64,000 bases of DNA from an uncultured Candidatus Actinomarina sp. (GTDB lineage: Bacteria; Actinomycetota; Acidimicrobiia; Actinomarinales; Actinomarinaceae). This document shows, one piece after another, positions 30,862 through 41,115 of the stretch. The stretch lies in contig CACGBK010000002.1 in NCBI GenBank assembly GCA_902571385.1, positions 56,684 through 120,683 on the forward strand, written 5' to 3'. Every line of letters begins with the position of its first letter. Position 1 is the first letter of the stretch. Made by a program: the position numbers and the translations under genes. The notes under the pieces are model-generated. The model ran no database searches and was not told the DNA's origin. It saw only the letters and a list, made by a program, of their open reading frames with translations.

Positions 30862-31691
30862 TTACTTGGTATAAACTTAATTAAATTTTTCTTATGTATA
30901 TGTAAATTTGCAATCTCATAAATTTTATTATTGTATTTAATGTATGGTCTTGATGATTTAAATTTTGGCCTAAATCCCTTACTCTGCATTGACCTACCAG
31001 CATAATGGGCAATGTTAATACTTTTTTTACTAAACCTTTTTTTATCAATACCACCCAAATATTGACCATATGAAATTCCATCAAACAAAATACTTGATGT
31101 ACCATCTGGTATTGTATTTAAGACATTGAACATGTCGGGATTTTCTATGTAAGCAATATTTAAAAGTACCATTTCATTTAACTTGTTATTGTTGTAATAT
31201 TTTTTTTCATAAAAATTTACATTTTCTAATATTTCTAAAATTTTGCTACATATGTTTGAATAATTTTTCAACCCATCAACATAGCTATATCCAAAAATTA
31301 GAAAATTTTCGTTTAATGGTGTTATATTTAATTTATTCTTTTGAAAGTTTTCTTTTAAGTCCTTAAATGCTTTAAAGATTAAAACATCTAAATCAAAATG
31401 TACAAAACTATCAATTTTTAGTAATTTTGAGGCATTGTGTAGATAAAATATCCTTAGAAGAGAAGTGTCCCATAATGGATTTTGTTCACCCTCAAAATAA
31501 TCTATCTCTTTTAATTCTTTAATATACTGAAATGAAATGTCATTACTATTTATATTCTCAGAATATTTACTCTTAAAATCTTGGTCAGTAATAAAATAAA
31601 TCTTTGAATCCGGGTCAATATTTCTTATTGTTTGCATGCAAATTTCAGCATAATTTGGTACCTCTCCATTAAAGTGCAGCAAATAATTCAT
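30858..31691 (-). CDS. Hypothetical protein, possible DXD glycosyltransferase
   Basis: HFDLDVLIF acidic motif; ORF overlaps neighbours by 4 bp (operon). Confidence 0.35.
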   Translation of the reverse strand: MNYLLHFNGEVPNYAEICMQTIRNIDPDSKIYFITDQDFKSKYSENINSNDISFQYIKELKEIDYFEGEQNPLWDTSLLRIFYLHNASKLLKIDSFVHFDLDVLIFKAFKDLKENFQKNKLNITPLNENFLIFGYSYVDGLKNYSNICSKILEILENVNFYEKKYYNNNKLNEMVLLNIAYIENPDMFNVLNTIPDGTSSILFDGISYGQYLGGIDKKRFSKKSINIAHYAGRSMQSKGFRPKFKSSRPYIKYNNKIYEIANLHIHKKNLIKFIPSK

Positions 31692-31696
31692 TTTCC

Positions 31697-32497
31697 TTAT
31701 TTGTATTGTTTCCTTGCTTGTTTAGTTATTATTATTTTTTTATTTTCAACCATCCAATAAAAGTATGTTTCAAAATCATCTAATTGACTGGGTAGTTCTC
31801 TATAAAAATTATTTATATGGGCAAAATATAAATTCATAATACCTTGCTCATTTGTTATGCTTATTGGATACTTTTCCACCAAACTAATTAATTCAGATTT
31901 TGTATTCTTATCGACAATATTAGTATCGAAAAACATAATGCCAGTTTGAAAGTAATCTCTAACTTCTAAATTAAAGTCATTTGAAAGTTGATTAAATAAT
32001 TTACTATTTTCATAAAATTGACTTTTTAATTTTTTATCATAATTTGGATAAGAATCTGCTCTTGCAAAAAGTTTATTAATTGGAAGAGTTTTGAGAATAG
32101 GATTTAAATCATAATGAATATTCATATTTATATCCATATAAAATATATATTTCCAGATTTTTAAATTTTTATCAAATAGATGTATCTTGTGCCATTGAAA
32201 TGGTTTTGTAATATTTCTATTTGGTTTATCTGGAACAGAAATTTCATTTAATAACTTTATAGTATTTTTAGAAAATTTTATGTTCCTATACCTGTATATT
32301 TTTATTTTTTTGTCATTTCTGAGAGATTTAAATAAAAATAAAGGTGTAAAGTAAGAAGTTAAAATTAGGATTTCTCCTTTATATTCCCCAACACCTCTTA
32401 TTTGCTTATGAAATTTATCAAAATACATTCTGAGATATTTAAAATTTGCAACAACAGCAACTACAGTATTGTTATTTTCATTTCTCAATTTTTTCAC
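31697..32497 (-). CDS. Hypothetical protein, distant GT8-like nucleotide-sugar transferase
   Basis: FQTGIMFFDTN and NEQGIMNLYF resemble the GT8 motifs FNsGVmlIN and DQD.LN; weak. Confidence 0.35.
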   Translation of the reverse strand: MKKLRNENNNTVVAVVANFKYLRMYFDKFHKQIRGVGEYKGEILILTSYFTPLFLFKSLRNDKKIKIYRYRNIKFSKNTIKLLNEISVPDKPNRNITKPFQWHKIHLFDKNLKIWKYIFYMDINMNIHYDLNPILKTLPINKLFARADSYPNYDKKLKSQFYENSKLFNQLSNDFNLEVRDYFQTGIMFFDTNIVDKNTKSELISLVEKYPISITNEQGIMNLYFAHINNFYRELPSQLDDFETYFYWMVENKKIIITKQARKQYK

Positions 32498-32580
32498 AGT
32501 TCATTTATTGTCTGATATAAATTTTATATTAAATATTCGATGATTAAGTAAAAAAATAAAAATGTTGGATAAACAATTTA

Positions 32581-33630
32581 TTAAGAAAGAATTTTTTTAA
32601 TATATTTATCTAAATACTCACTAATATGATTTACTGCAAAATCATACTTGTTATTACTTTTTTCATACAAAACTATATTTTTGCATATTTGAATTAAGTT
32701 GTATGAAGGAACCCAATTTAGCAATTTGCGAGCTTTTGTAGAGTCAATTCTTAATACATCTGATTCATAAAATTTTGAATTATTTTCATGAATAATTTTT
32801 ATTTTTTTGGTTGGAGACCATTCTTTTACAAATGTATCAACTAAATAACCAACATCATACTGATTGTTTAATTTTCTATTCAAGTTAAATATTTCATCTT
32901 TTTTTTGTTTTTGGCAATATTGTGCAACCAGCAAATAGCCCATCAATGAATCGAGAATATATTGCCATGGTCTTAAAGATTGTGGATTTCGAAGTTTAAT
33001 GTTTTCACCTCTTTTAAGAGAGTTTATAACATCTGTAAGAAGACGATCTCTTCCATAATCTCCTCCTCCAAGAACATTACCAGCTCTAACTACTCCAATA
33101 TTAAGGGTTTCCCTTTTGTGAGTGTTAATGAAAGCAGTAATTATGTGCTCTGTACTTGCTTTTGAAGCACTGTAAAATTCTTTACCACCTAACTTATATA
33201 ATTCAGAATTTTTTGAGTTGTGTTCAGCATAAACTTTGTCGGTTGTGGAAACAACAAGAGTCTTAATCTTTTTATTATTATTACACGAATTAAGAATGTT
33301 AAAAGTACCTAAAATATTAGAGGTTAGAGTTTTTTCTGGATTTTTGGCAGCTTCAGATACTAATCCTTGGGCAGCTAGGTGAAAAACTATCTCAAAATTT
33401 CCTAACCCAATAATTTTATTAATATACTTAGGATCTCTAATGTCACCTTGAAATTCTTTGGTAAAGACCTGCTTATTCTTAATGATTTTATAAAATCCAG
33501 AATTTATTTTATTATCAGAAAGCCCGTAAACATTGTTACCTAATAATTTTAAGATTAAAGATAACCAAGAGCCTTTAAATCCAGAGTGACCAGTTATTAA
33601 TATGTTTTTATTTCTATAAAAATTTTTCAT
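32581..33630 (-). CDS. rfbG: CDP-glucose 4,6-dehydratase
   Basis: ILITGHSGFKGSWLSLIL N-terminus typical of RfbG/DdhB; 349 aa; 4-bp overlap with upstream cytidylyltransferase gene. Confidence 0.8.
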   Translation of the reverse strand: MKNFYRNKNILITGHSGFKGSWLSLILKLLGNNVYGLSDNKINSGFYKIIKNKQVFTKEFQGDIRDPKYINKIIGLGNFEIVFHLAAQGLVSEAAKNPEKTLTSNILGTFNILNSCNNNKKIKTLVVSTTDKVYAEHNSKNSELYKLGGKEFYSASKASTEHIITAFINTHKRETLNIGVVRAGNVLGGGDYGRDRLLTDVINSLKRGENIKLRNPQSLRPWQYILDSLMGYLLVAQYCQKQKKDEIFNLNRKLNNQYDVGYLVDTFVKEWSPTKKIKIIHENNSKFYESDVLRIDSTKARKLLNWVPSYNLIQICKNIVLYEKSNNKYDFAVNHISEYLDKYIKKILS

Positions 33631-34334
33631 TTATCAAATCTTATCCATGGTTTTGTTCCATCTTCCCATAATTTATTTAAATTTAGATATTCTCGATAGG
33701 TATCCATTGGCTCAAAATATCCACTGTGTTTAAATGCAACTAATTCTGCATCTTTACTCAAGTTAATTAGAGGCTCAGACTCTAATACACTATTTTCATC
33801 CAAGTACTTAATAAACTTTTTATTGAAAACCATAAAACCAATATTTACAAAACCTGCTAATTTTGGTTTTTCAATAAATTGATTCACTATGTTAGCGTCA
33901 TCAAACTCCACTAAGCCAAACCTTGATCTTGGGTTAGTAACTGTTAGAGCTCCTAACTTTCCGCTTTCTTGATAAAAATTAATGAGATTATTAATATTAA
34001 CGTTTGCTAGCCCATCGCCATAAGTTAGTAAAAAATTATCATCCAAGTACTCGGATACTTTGAAAACTCTTCCACCAGTATTGGTTTCTTCACCAGTATT
34101 AATAATTTTTACATTTTTCCATGATTTAAAATATTCCTCGATAATTTCACTTTTATAACCGGTACATATTAGAAATTCAAAATCACCAAATATTTGATAT
34201 ATGTTTATAAGATGTTCCAGAACTGGTTTACCTCCTATATTGACCATAGGCTTGGGAATTGTATCAGTGACTTCTCTCATTCTTGTGCCTTTTCCTCCGG
34301 ACAGAATGACAACTTGTTTAATTTCTTTTTTCAC
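33627..34334 (-). CDS. rfbF: Glucose-1-phosphate cytidylyltransferase
   Basis: VVILSGGKGTRMREVTDTIPKPMVNIGGKPVLEHLINIY close to RfbF/DdhA consensus. Confidence 0.85.
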   Translation of the reverse strand: MKKEIKQVVILSGGKGTRMREVTDTIPKPMVNIGGKPVLEHLINIYQIFGDFEFLICTGYKSEIIEEYFKSWKNVKIINTGEETNTGGRVFKVSEYLDDNFLLTYGDGLANVNINNLINFYQESGKLGALTVTNPRSRFGLVEFDDANIVNQFIEKPKLAGFVNIGFMVFNKKFIKYLDENSVLESEPLINLSKDAELVAFKHSGYFEPMDTYREYLNLNKLWEDGTKPWIRFDK

Positions 34335-34367
34335 TTTTGTATTATCCTATATTACAAAGATAACCAT

Positions 34368-35198
34368 ATGAAATCTAAAGGAATAATAATTACGGGCTCT
34401 ACAGGATATTTAGGGTCTAAAATATTAAATTTAATCGATGAAAATTTAATATTTATTTTAAATAGAAAATCTTTTGATAATAATCAGACAAAGTTTTTTG
34501 ATTTAAAAAATAAAGAAAAAATTTTGATTAGTGAAAATTATGATGGCATTATTGTTGTTCATTTAGCTACCTTTTTTTCTAAGGATCCCAATGATAAAGA
34601 ATTTATACATGCAGCTAATATTGAATTTGGAAAAAAACTATTAGCCTCTCTAGAAAAAACAAATGTAGAAAAAATAATATATACAAACACAATGTTTAGT
34701 TATTATCCAGATGAAAGTATTCGAACTCTTGACTATACAAAAACAAAAAATGAATTTTCTACTGAATTAAATAATTTCACTAAAAAAAATAACATACTTT
34801 ATGATGAAATATTTTTAGATAACACTTTTGGAGGGATTGATAAGAGAAAAAAAGCTCTCCCATTAATCGTAGATGCAGTCTTAAATCAAAAACCGTCACC
34901 TATCAAGGATGAACAAGCATATATCAATCTAGTTTCATACAAAGATATTCTAAATAGGATATATAAATCAATCACTACTGATATTTATGGAAGTACAGCG
35001 TTTGTTAATGAGAAGCGTATTAATTTACAATCAGTATACGAATTTTTAAACAAATACAACCTTAACAAAATCGAAGAAAATAATATTTTGCAATTCAAGC
35101 CCAACATCTACTTAAAAAACTCACCGAGTATTAATCTTTTTGGTCTGAAGCTTAATGATATTCAAAAAGAACTAGTTAATTATTTAAATACAACTTAA
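34368..35198 (+). CDS. NAD(P)-dependent SDR reductase (CDP-paratose/abequose-synthase or AscF-like 4-reductase)
   Basis: Start reassigned to ATG 34368 (MKSKGIIITGSTGYLGSKIL Rossmann). The 5' extension in the ORF track overlaps the divergent rfbF start. Position within ddh cluster. Confidence 0.55.
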   Translation: MKSKGIIITGSTGYLGSKILNLIDENLIFILNRKSFDNNQTKFFDLKNKEKILISENYDGIIVVHLATFFSKDPNDKEFIHAANIEFGKKLLASLEKTNVEKIIYTNTMFSYYPDESIRTLDYTKTKNEFSTELNNFTKKNNILYDEIFLDNTFGGIDKRKKALPLIVDAVLNQKPSPIKDEQAYINLVSYKDILNRIYKSITTDIYGSTAFVNEKRINLQSVYEFLNKYNLNKIEENNILQFKPNIYLKNSPSINLFGLKLNDIQKELVNYLNTT

Positions 35199-35243
35199 TT
35201 TTTTTAAGACTCTCAAAAATATCTAAATTATTAAAATCATGTT

Positions 35244-35789
35244 ATGTCGTTAATAATAAAAAATGATAATTTGCTTAAAGATATTAGGGTTATAGAAAAT
35301 GAAAAATTTTTTGATGAAAGAGGTTTTTTCTCAAAAATTTTTCATAAAGAGATTAAAAAAAATTTAAAAATCAATATTGATGAAATTTTTTATTCGGTAA
35401 ATAAAAAAGGAGTAATTAGAGGCATTCATTATCAAAAAAAAGATAAGCAGCTTGGAAAAATTGTTGGATGTTTGGATGGGGAAATATTAGATTTTTTTAT
35501 TGATTTAAGAAAAGACAGCGAAACTTATGGTAAATTTTCAAGTGAAATCATTAATAGTAAAAATAATATTTCTATTTTTGTACCTGAGGGTTTTGGTCAT
35601 GGTTTCAGTGTTCTTTCAAAATCAGCGACAGTAATTTACTTACAATCCGGCGATTACGATCCCAAACATGAAGGAGGGATTAATCCTTTAAGCATTGATT
35701 TCGATTGGAATGTTGATGACCCAATCCTATCTGAAAGAGACTCAAACCACCCTAGATTTAATTTAAATAATCAGGAATTCAAATTATAA
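35244..35789 (+). CDS. RmlC-like cupin sugar-nucleotide 3,5(or 5)-epimerase
   Basis: FDERGFFSKIF, GVIRGIHYQ, ILDFFIDLRKDSETYGKF, VPEGFGHGFSVLS: matches dTDP-4-dehydrorhamnose 3,5-epimerase family; in CDP-sugar context likely AscE-type. Confidence 0.75.
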   Translation: MSLIIKNDNLLKDIRVIENEKFFDERGFFSKIFHKEIKKNLKINIDEIFYSVNKKGVIRGIHYQKKDKQLGKIVGCLDGEILDFFIDLRKDSETYGKFSSEIINSKNNISIFVPEGFGHGFSVLSKSATVIYLQSGDYDPKHEGGINPLSIDFDWNVDDPILSERDSNHPRFNLNNQEFKL

Positions 35790-35800
35790 TTAATATTCTT

Positions 35801-37120
35801 ATGGAATCTTCAAAACAACAAACTGATATAAAAAATCAAATAATGGATCTTGTAGAAGATTTTTACGATTTAAAACATAAAAATATTAATTTTGTTCCTG
35901 GAATTTCTGAAGTTCCAGTTAGCGGTAAAGTTTTTGACTCAAATGAAATTAAAAATTTAATTTCATCAAGTTTAGATTTTTGGCTTACAGATGGAGATTA
36001 CTCAGAAGAATTTTCAAAAAAAATGTCAAATTTCTTATCTCTTAAACACATCAGGCTTGTAAATAGTGGGTCATCAGCCAACCTAGTTTCACTCGCATCT
36101 TTAACTAATAAAAAAGTCAAAAACCATATTCTTCCAGGTGCAGAGGTGATAACTACGGCTGTGGGCTTTCCTACAACTGTAAATCCAATTTTTCAAAATA
36201 ATATGACCCCAGTTTTTATTGATAGTGAGCTTGGTACTTATAATCCAACTGCTCAATCAGTAATCGACGCTTACTCTTCAGATACAAGAGCTATAATGAT
36301 GGCCCATACTTTAGGCAATCCTTTAGAAATTGAAAAAATAAAAGATTTTGCTGATGATAAAAATCTTTGGTTGATTGAAGATAATTGCGATGCATTAGGA
36401 TCAACCTACAATGGTAAATTTACAGGAACCTTTGGAGATATATCTACTTTAAGCTTTTATCCTGCCCACCATATAACAATGGGAGAAGGTGGGGCTGTAA
36501 TGACAAATAGTACAAGGCTCCAACTCTCAATAGACTCATTCAGAGACTGGGGAAGAGATTGTTGGTGTAAAAGTGGACATGACAACACTTGTAATAAAAG
36601 GTTTGATTGGAGTCTCGGTGAATTGCCATATGGCTATGACCACAAATATACATATTCAAATATTGGATATAATTTAAAGTTAACTGACTTACAGGCATCA
36701 ATCGGAGTCATTCAAATGGATAAGCTTGAAAATTTTATTGATTTAAGAAGAAAAAATTGGAAAAAAATTGATTCTATAGTCCGTAATTATCCTAATTATT
36801 TATCACCTCATCAACCAGTTGAAAATTCAGAGCCCAGTTGGTTTGGGTATGCAATATTAGTAAAAGATAACAATCATTTTTCAAGAGATGATTTTGTGAA
36901 ATTCTTGAATGAAAGAAGAATTTCTACAAGATTATTATTTGGAGGTAATCTAATAAAGCAACCTGCATATGAGGGTAAAAATTATAGAGTTGTTGGATCA
37001 CTTGATAATGCAGATATTGTAATGAATTCAACATTTTGGATAGGTGTTTATCCTGGAATCACTGATGATATGATAAGCTACATTTCTGAAACATTTGAAG
37101 AATTTTTTAACAGCTTTTAA
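35801..37120 (+). CDS. ddhC: CDP-6-deoxy-4-keto-glucose 3-dehydrase (E1, DdhC/AscC-like; PMP-dependent, [2Fe-2S])
   Basis: DegT/DnrJ/EryC1 fold; active-site LSFYPAHHITMGEGG (His in place of PLP Lys, as in E1); CWCKSGHDNTC = C-x-C-x7-C iron-sulfur motif of E1; 439 aa. Confidence 0.75.
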   Translation: MESSKQQTDIKNQIMDLVEDFYDLKHKNINFVPGISEVPVSGKVFDSNEIKNLISSSLDFWLTDGDYSEEFSKKMSNFLSLKHIRLVNSGSSANLVSLASLTNKKVKNHILPGAEVITTAVGFPTTVNPIFQNNMTPVFIDSELGTYNPTAQSVIDAYSSDTRAIMMAHTLGNPLEIEKIKDFADDKNLWLIEDNCDALGSTYNGKFTGTFGDISTLSFYPAHHITMGEGGAVMTNSTRLQLSIDSFRDWGRDCWCKSGHDNTCNKRFDWSLGELPYGYDHKYTYSNIGYNLKLTDLQASIGVIQMDKLENFIDLRRKNWKKIDSIVRNYPNYLSPHQPVENSEPSWFGYAILVKDNNHFSRDDFVKFLNERRISTRLLFGGNLIKQPAYEGKNYRVVGSLDNADIVMNSTFWIGVYPGITDDMISYISETFEEFFNSF

Positions 37121-37166
37121 CTTCTCATGGCATTTTCAATAATTTAGTTAGACTGACTAAATACTA

Positions 37167-38837
37167 ATGATTTATAAATTAATTAATTCAATTAAGAATT
37201 ATAGAATAATAATGGGAGCGGTTTTATTTTATTTTTCATTATTCATATCATCAACTTTCTTATATCTAAAATTTGACGTAGTTTTATCTCCAGATTTTGA
37301 AAAGTATTATAGATATTTTGAACAATATAGTGGTTCGATTCAATTTACAAATCTAGAACAAGGACATACCTACTTTTTTCTTCATTACCTTGTTTTTATA
37401 ATTTTTTCACAATTCTCAGAAGGTTCGACGTTAAATGAGATAGTAAATTTATCAATCCATTTTTTTAACTCATTAATTTTTCTATATGGATGTATTGGAT
37501 TAAAAAAGTATTTGATAACAAGATTTAGTAATTTAAATTCCTATATAGTTATATCAATCATATGTTTTTTACCGTCATCTTTTGAGCTTAGGACGACTTT
37601 AAAACCAGAGATACTTGCATTTTCTCTTATTGGTTGGCTGTTTTACTATCTTTATAAAATATCAGACGAAAATAAAAATATTTACAAAATAAATTTTTCA
37701 ATAGGCCTTTCATTGCTGGTAACGTCTAAGGTTTCTATTGCAGTACTGGTCTCGCTACTTTTCTTTATTGAAATAACAACTAGACATAAACATCTTATTT
37801 CAAAAGTAAATCTTAAGTTTTTAATATTGCTTTTTATATTTTCTTCTACCCTATTAATAGAAAACTATAGAATTAATGACAAATATATTTTTGAGGTTGA
37901 ACATAATGAAAATTATAATAACAAAGCTGAACCAGATTTCTTTTTAAACTTTGCAAGCCAAGATTTTAAGAATAATCCTAACAAATATTTTCATAACGAT
38001 TCTTTTTTAGCAATAACTTTTTTTGATACTTTTAATGATTTTTTTCAAATTTACTGGAATTCTGAATATACCGAATTCAATAAAGAAAGGAAGGAGTTTT
38101 TCAAAATTCAAAAAATACAAAATATTCAACCACCATATAGGATAAATTATGATGAAGAAAATGCAGTTTTAACATTGGCTGGAGATTTTGATCAGAGGTG
38201 GGACGATCAAAATTATATTAATGAGACCAGAATGAGAACCAGTTTTTTCTTTTCAGCAATTTTTTACTTTTTAATTCTATTATTTTCAATTTTTAAAAAA
38301 GATTCAAGAACAATACTAATCTCACCATTTATTGGAATGTTTGTAATCACATTATCTGCTTTAGGTATATTTGGCACAAATAATTTCGATCCTTTGGTAG
38401 GAGATAGCATAAAAACTTATTATTATAGTTTTTTTATAATTCCTGCATTTTCAGTTTTAATTTCTGAAATTTTTTCTTTTGAATATTTTAAAAAAATAAT
38501 TACTTTTATTTGTATTTTGTTTTTTTTGTTTTTCCTTGGATTTCCATATTCTTATTCAGAAGAAACAGAAAAAGATATAATCTATAAAAATTCTTTATTA
38601 ATTACATGCGAGTTAAATAACCCAATTTTGAAAGATATATACAATTTTGAAAATCAAACAAAATGTACTGATATAACTAATCCTGATGATAAATTTACTC
38701 CAATGACGAAGGTAAGAGAAATAAATTCGAATTTATCATTAATTCCTTATTTTAATTTTTTATTTGTATTTTTGTATTTCATATTCAATGTACCTCATGT
38801 AAAGAAATCTAAATTAGTCAATAAAATAATCAAATGA
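37167..38837 (+). CDS. Large polytopic membrane protein (556 aa), candidate GT-C-type glycosyltransferase
   Basis: About 12 hydrophobic helices with a large hydrophilic loop (residues ~230-330); context with GtrB-like gene. Confidence 0.4.
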   Translation: MIYKLINSIKNYRIIMGAVLFYFSLFISSTFLYLKFDVVLSPDFEKYYRYFEQYSGSIQFTNLEQGHTYFFLHYLVFIIFSQFSEGSTLNEIVNLSIHFFNSLIFLYGCIGLKKYLITRFSNLNSYIVISIICFLPSSFELRTTLKPEILAFSLIGWLFYYLYKISDENKNIYKINFSIGLSLLVTSKVSIAVLVSLLFFIEITTRHKHLISKVNLKFLILLFIFSSTLLIENYRINDKYIFEVEHNENYNNKAEPDFFLNFASQDFKNNPNKYFHNDSFLAITFFDTFNDFFQIYWNSEYTEFNKERKEFFKIQKIQNIQPPYRINYDEENAVLTLAGDFDQRWDDQNYINETRMRTSFFFSAIFYFLILLFSIFKKDSRTILISPFIGMFVITLSALGIFGTNNFDPLVGDSIKTYYYSFFIIPAFSVLISEIFSFEYFKKIITFICILFFLFFLGFPYSYSEETEKDIIYKNSLLITCELNNPILKDIYNFENQTKCTDITNPDDKFTPMTKVREINSNLSLIPYFNFLFVFLYFIFNVPHVKKSKLVNKIIK

Positions 38838-39169
38838 ATAAAAAACCAAATAAAGTATTAGATAATGTTGAAGGTTTTTGTGGGCCCTACCCTTCTGATT
38901 TCATTGATATTGATATATCAAACGACCCAAGTTTTATCTTTCAAAATGATACTGAATATGATGCTGTAACACTATACGATTCTGATGGAAATTCAGTTAG
39001 TGTAAATTCATTTTTTGAGTGCCAACACTATGTAAAAGGAGGGTGGGATGCAATTCCTGATCAAATAAATGAAAGTTTTTTTCATAATTCACTTTTTGTT
39101 TTTTCTTTGTTATCAATTTTTATAGGATATATAGCAATTAAAAAATTTTTTCTAAGGGGTATCATTTAA
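38834..39169 (+). CDS. Small tail-anchored membrane protein (111 aa)
   Basis: Single C-terminal TM helix; ATGA overlaps with both neighbours (translationally coupled). Confidence 0.35.
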   Translation: MNKKPNKVLDNVEGFCGPYPSDFIDIDISNDPSFIFQNDTEYDAVTLYDSDGNSVSVNSFFECQHYVKGGWDAIPDQINESFFHNSLFVFSLLSIFIGYIAIKKFFLRGII

Positions 39170-41106
39170 TGTTTAGTATCCAAAATTTAAAATATTTAAA
39201 AGTAGTCTTACTGGCGGTATTAATTATTATTCCTTTTTCAATTTCAGATTATTCAGACCAGATTAAGCCTGAAAAAATAACTTCAGATTTAAGGTTCTAT
39301 GAAATTAATACATGCAGTATATCTTTAAATGAATTCTTAATTGAAAATCCCAATGTCATATATCAAGATCACTACAAGATTAGGTTCAATAATTATTCTT
39401 CAATTCAATGTTTTGGGCAAATAACTGGAATCGATCAAATTGGATACACATTTTATATCTCTATAGGAACAAACACATTATTAAATTTGTTTTTACAATC
39501 AATTTTTTGGATCTTATTAATTTCTCTTATTTCAAAATCAGAAACTTTTAAATTTAACGAATTAAATATTATTTCGTGTTCTATATCTTCTTTATTAATA
39601 TGTACAGTCATATATTCAGAGCAGAGGTATTATTCAAAAGTTTTTTTTGAGTTTGATTTAAATAATAATCGGCATTTATTTTATGTATTCACATATATTT
39701 TGTGTATTAGCTTTTTTGTCACCTATATAGTTGATAGTCGTAATAATAAATTAATAAATTTTGCTCCATTTGCCTACATATTTATGGGAGTCTTTAGTGG
39801 AATGAATTTGTACTTCTTAACATTATTTTTTTGCCCATTGGGAATTAAAGCCATATTGAAAAATAAAAAATTTAGAGGTAATTTTGTATTCATTAACTTA
39901 ATAATATTATTTTGGGCGTTCAATGCAACGAGTAATAACTACTATTTAAAACCAGATAAAATAAGAGGTCTTTCTAGTACCGCTTATAACTTTTTATCAG
40001 TAAGTTCATGGAGCTATTTAATGATTTTCTCATTAATTGGTATTTATCTATTTTCAGCTAACAAAAGAAAAGATTTAAGTCTTAAATTGATTAAAAACAA
40101 CTTTGTAATTACTGGCTTTTTTGTGATAATCCTTGGATATCTAGGCTCATCAATGCCCTTGATTAATTTTTACAATTACTATTTTTTTGGTCAAACAAAA
40201 TTTGGCACTGATAATCAAAATCTTTTTGGAGTAAATTATTGGGGAGAATCAGAAGCGTGGAGAGGTTTGTTCCCTAGTGCAGAAACTATTGGAGAGTTTT
40301 TTGCTATTTCATTACTTTTAATATTTATAACCAATAAAAAAAATACATCTAATAAGTATCTTTATTTATGCATACCCTTTTTAATAGTTGGATTATATGC
40401 ATCTAATAACAAAGCTGCTTTAATTTCTTTAGTTTTTTGTATTGGTCTGTACATTAATAAAAAAAGAAAACTTTCAACAAGAATGAAACTTTTATTTATT
40501 TCTCCAGCAATCTTAATTCTTTTTTATTTTATAAGAATAGAGAACCTTCTTTTCTCTGTTGACTTTTCTGCAAATAAAATGATAGAGATGGGAATCGGAT
40601 ATGGTAATCAAGCACAGAGATCAAGCACAATTAGATACCTACAAAATTTAGACGATAGTAATATTTTTTTTGAAATCTTAATATTAGTTTTTGGTTTCTT
40701 TGCTTTTATAATTAACAGGTCCGAACTCTGGGGATTATTCTTTGCAAGATTTAATCCAACTACTAGTGAGTTATTTCTTGGATCAGGCCCATTTATTATG
40801 TCTAGACACTATAGCGAGATAGATGTTCTTGAAAAAAAGCTATATACAGGAACTCCACTAGGCTTTTTATTACCACACTCGTCATTCTTATCAATGATTT
40901 TATTTTTTGGATTAATTGGAACAATTCTTTTTTTCTTTTATTTATTTTTTAATCTATACAGAGCAAGAAATTTTAATTTTGAATTATTTTTAATTTGTTT
41001 ATTTATTGTCTTAAATATTTTAAAAAGTGATTCTATATTATATTTTCCATCACTATTGACGTACATAATCTTTTTCGTATCGTTAATGCCAAAATCGACA
41101 AAATAA
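39169..41106 (+). CDS. Polytopic membrane protein (645 aa), Wzy/O-antigen-ligase-like
   Basis: Many TM helices; LLPHSSFLSMILFFGLIGTIL resembles Wzy_C motif (aHNsyL...GliG). Confidence 0.45.
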   Translation: MFSIQNLKYLKVVLLAVLIIIPFSISDYSDQIKPEKITSDLRFYEINTCSISLNEFLIENPNVIYQDHYKIRFNNYSSIQCFGQITGIDQIGYTFYISIGTNTLLNLFLQSIFWILLISLISKSETFKFNELNIISCSISSLLICTVIYSEQRYYSKVFFEFDLNNNRHLFYVFTYILCISFFVTYIVDSRNNKLINFAPFAYIFMGVFSGMNLYFLTLFFCPLGIKAILKNKKFRGNFVFINLIILFWAFNATSNNYYLKPDKIRGLSSTAYNFLSVSSWSYLMIFSLIGIYLFSANKRKDLSLKLIKNNFVITGFFVIILGYLGSSMPLINFYNYYFFGQTKFGTDNQNLFGVNYWGESEAWRGLFPSAETIGEFFAISLLLIFITNKKNTSNKYLYLCIPFLIVGLYASNNKAALISLVFCIGLYINKKRKLSTRMKLLFISPAILILFYFIRIENLLFSVDFSANKMIEMGIGYGNQAQRSSTIRYLQNLDDSNIFFEILILVFGFFAFIINRSELWGLFFARFNPTTSELFLGSGPFIMSRHYSEIDVLEKKLYTGTPLGFLLPHSSFLSMILFFGLIGTILFFFYLFFNLYRARNFNFELFLICLFIVLNILKSDSILYFPSLLTYIIFFVSLMPKSTK

Positions 41107-41115
41107 TTTTTTTAC

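Noticed and set aside
41107-41115. Rho-independent terminator between convergent genes 39169..41106 and 41116..41610
   Set aside because: The 9-bp gap and surrounding sequence show no GC-rich hairpin followed by a T-tract.
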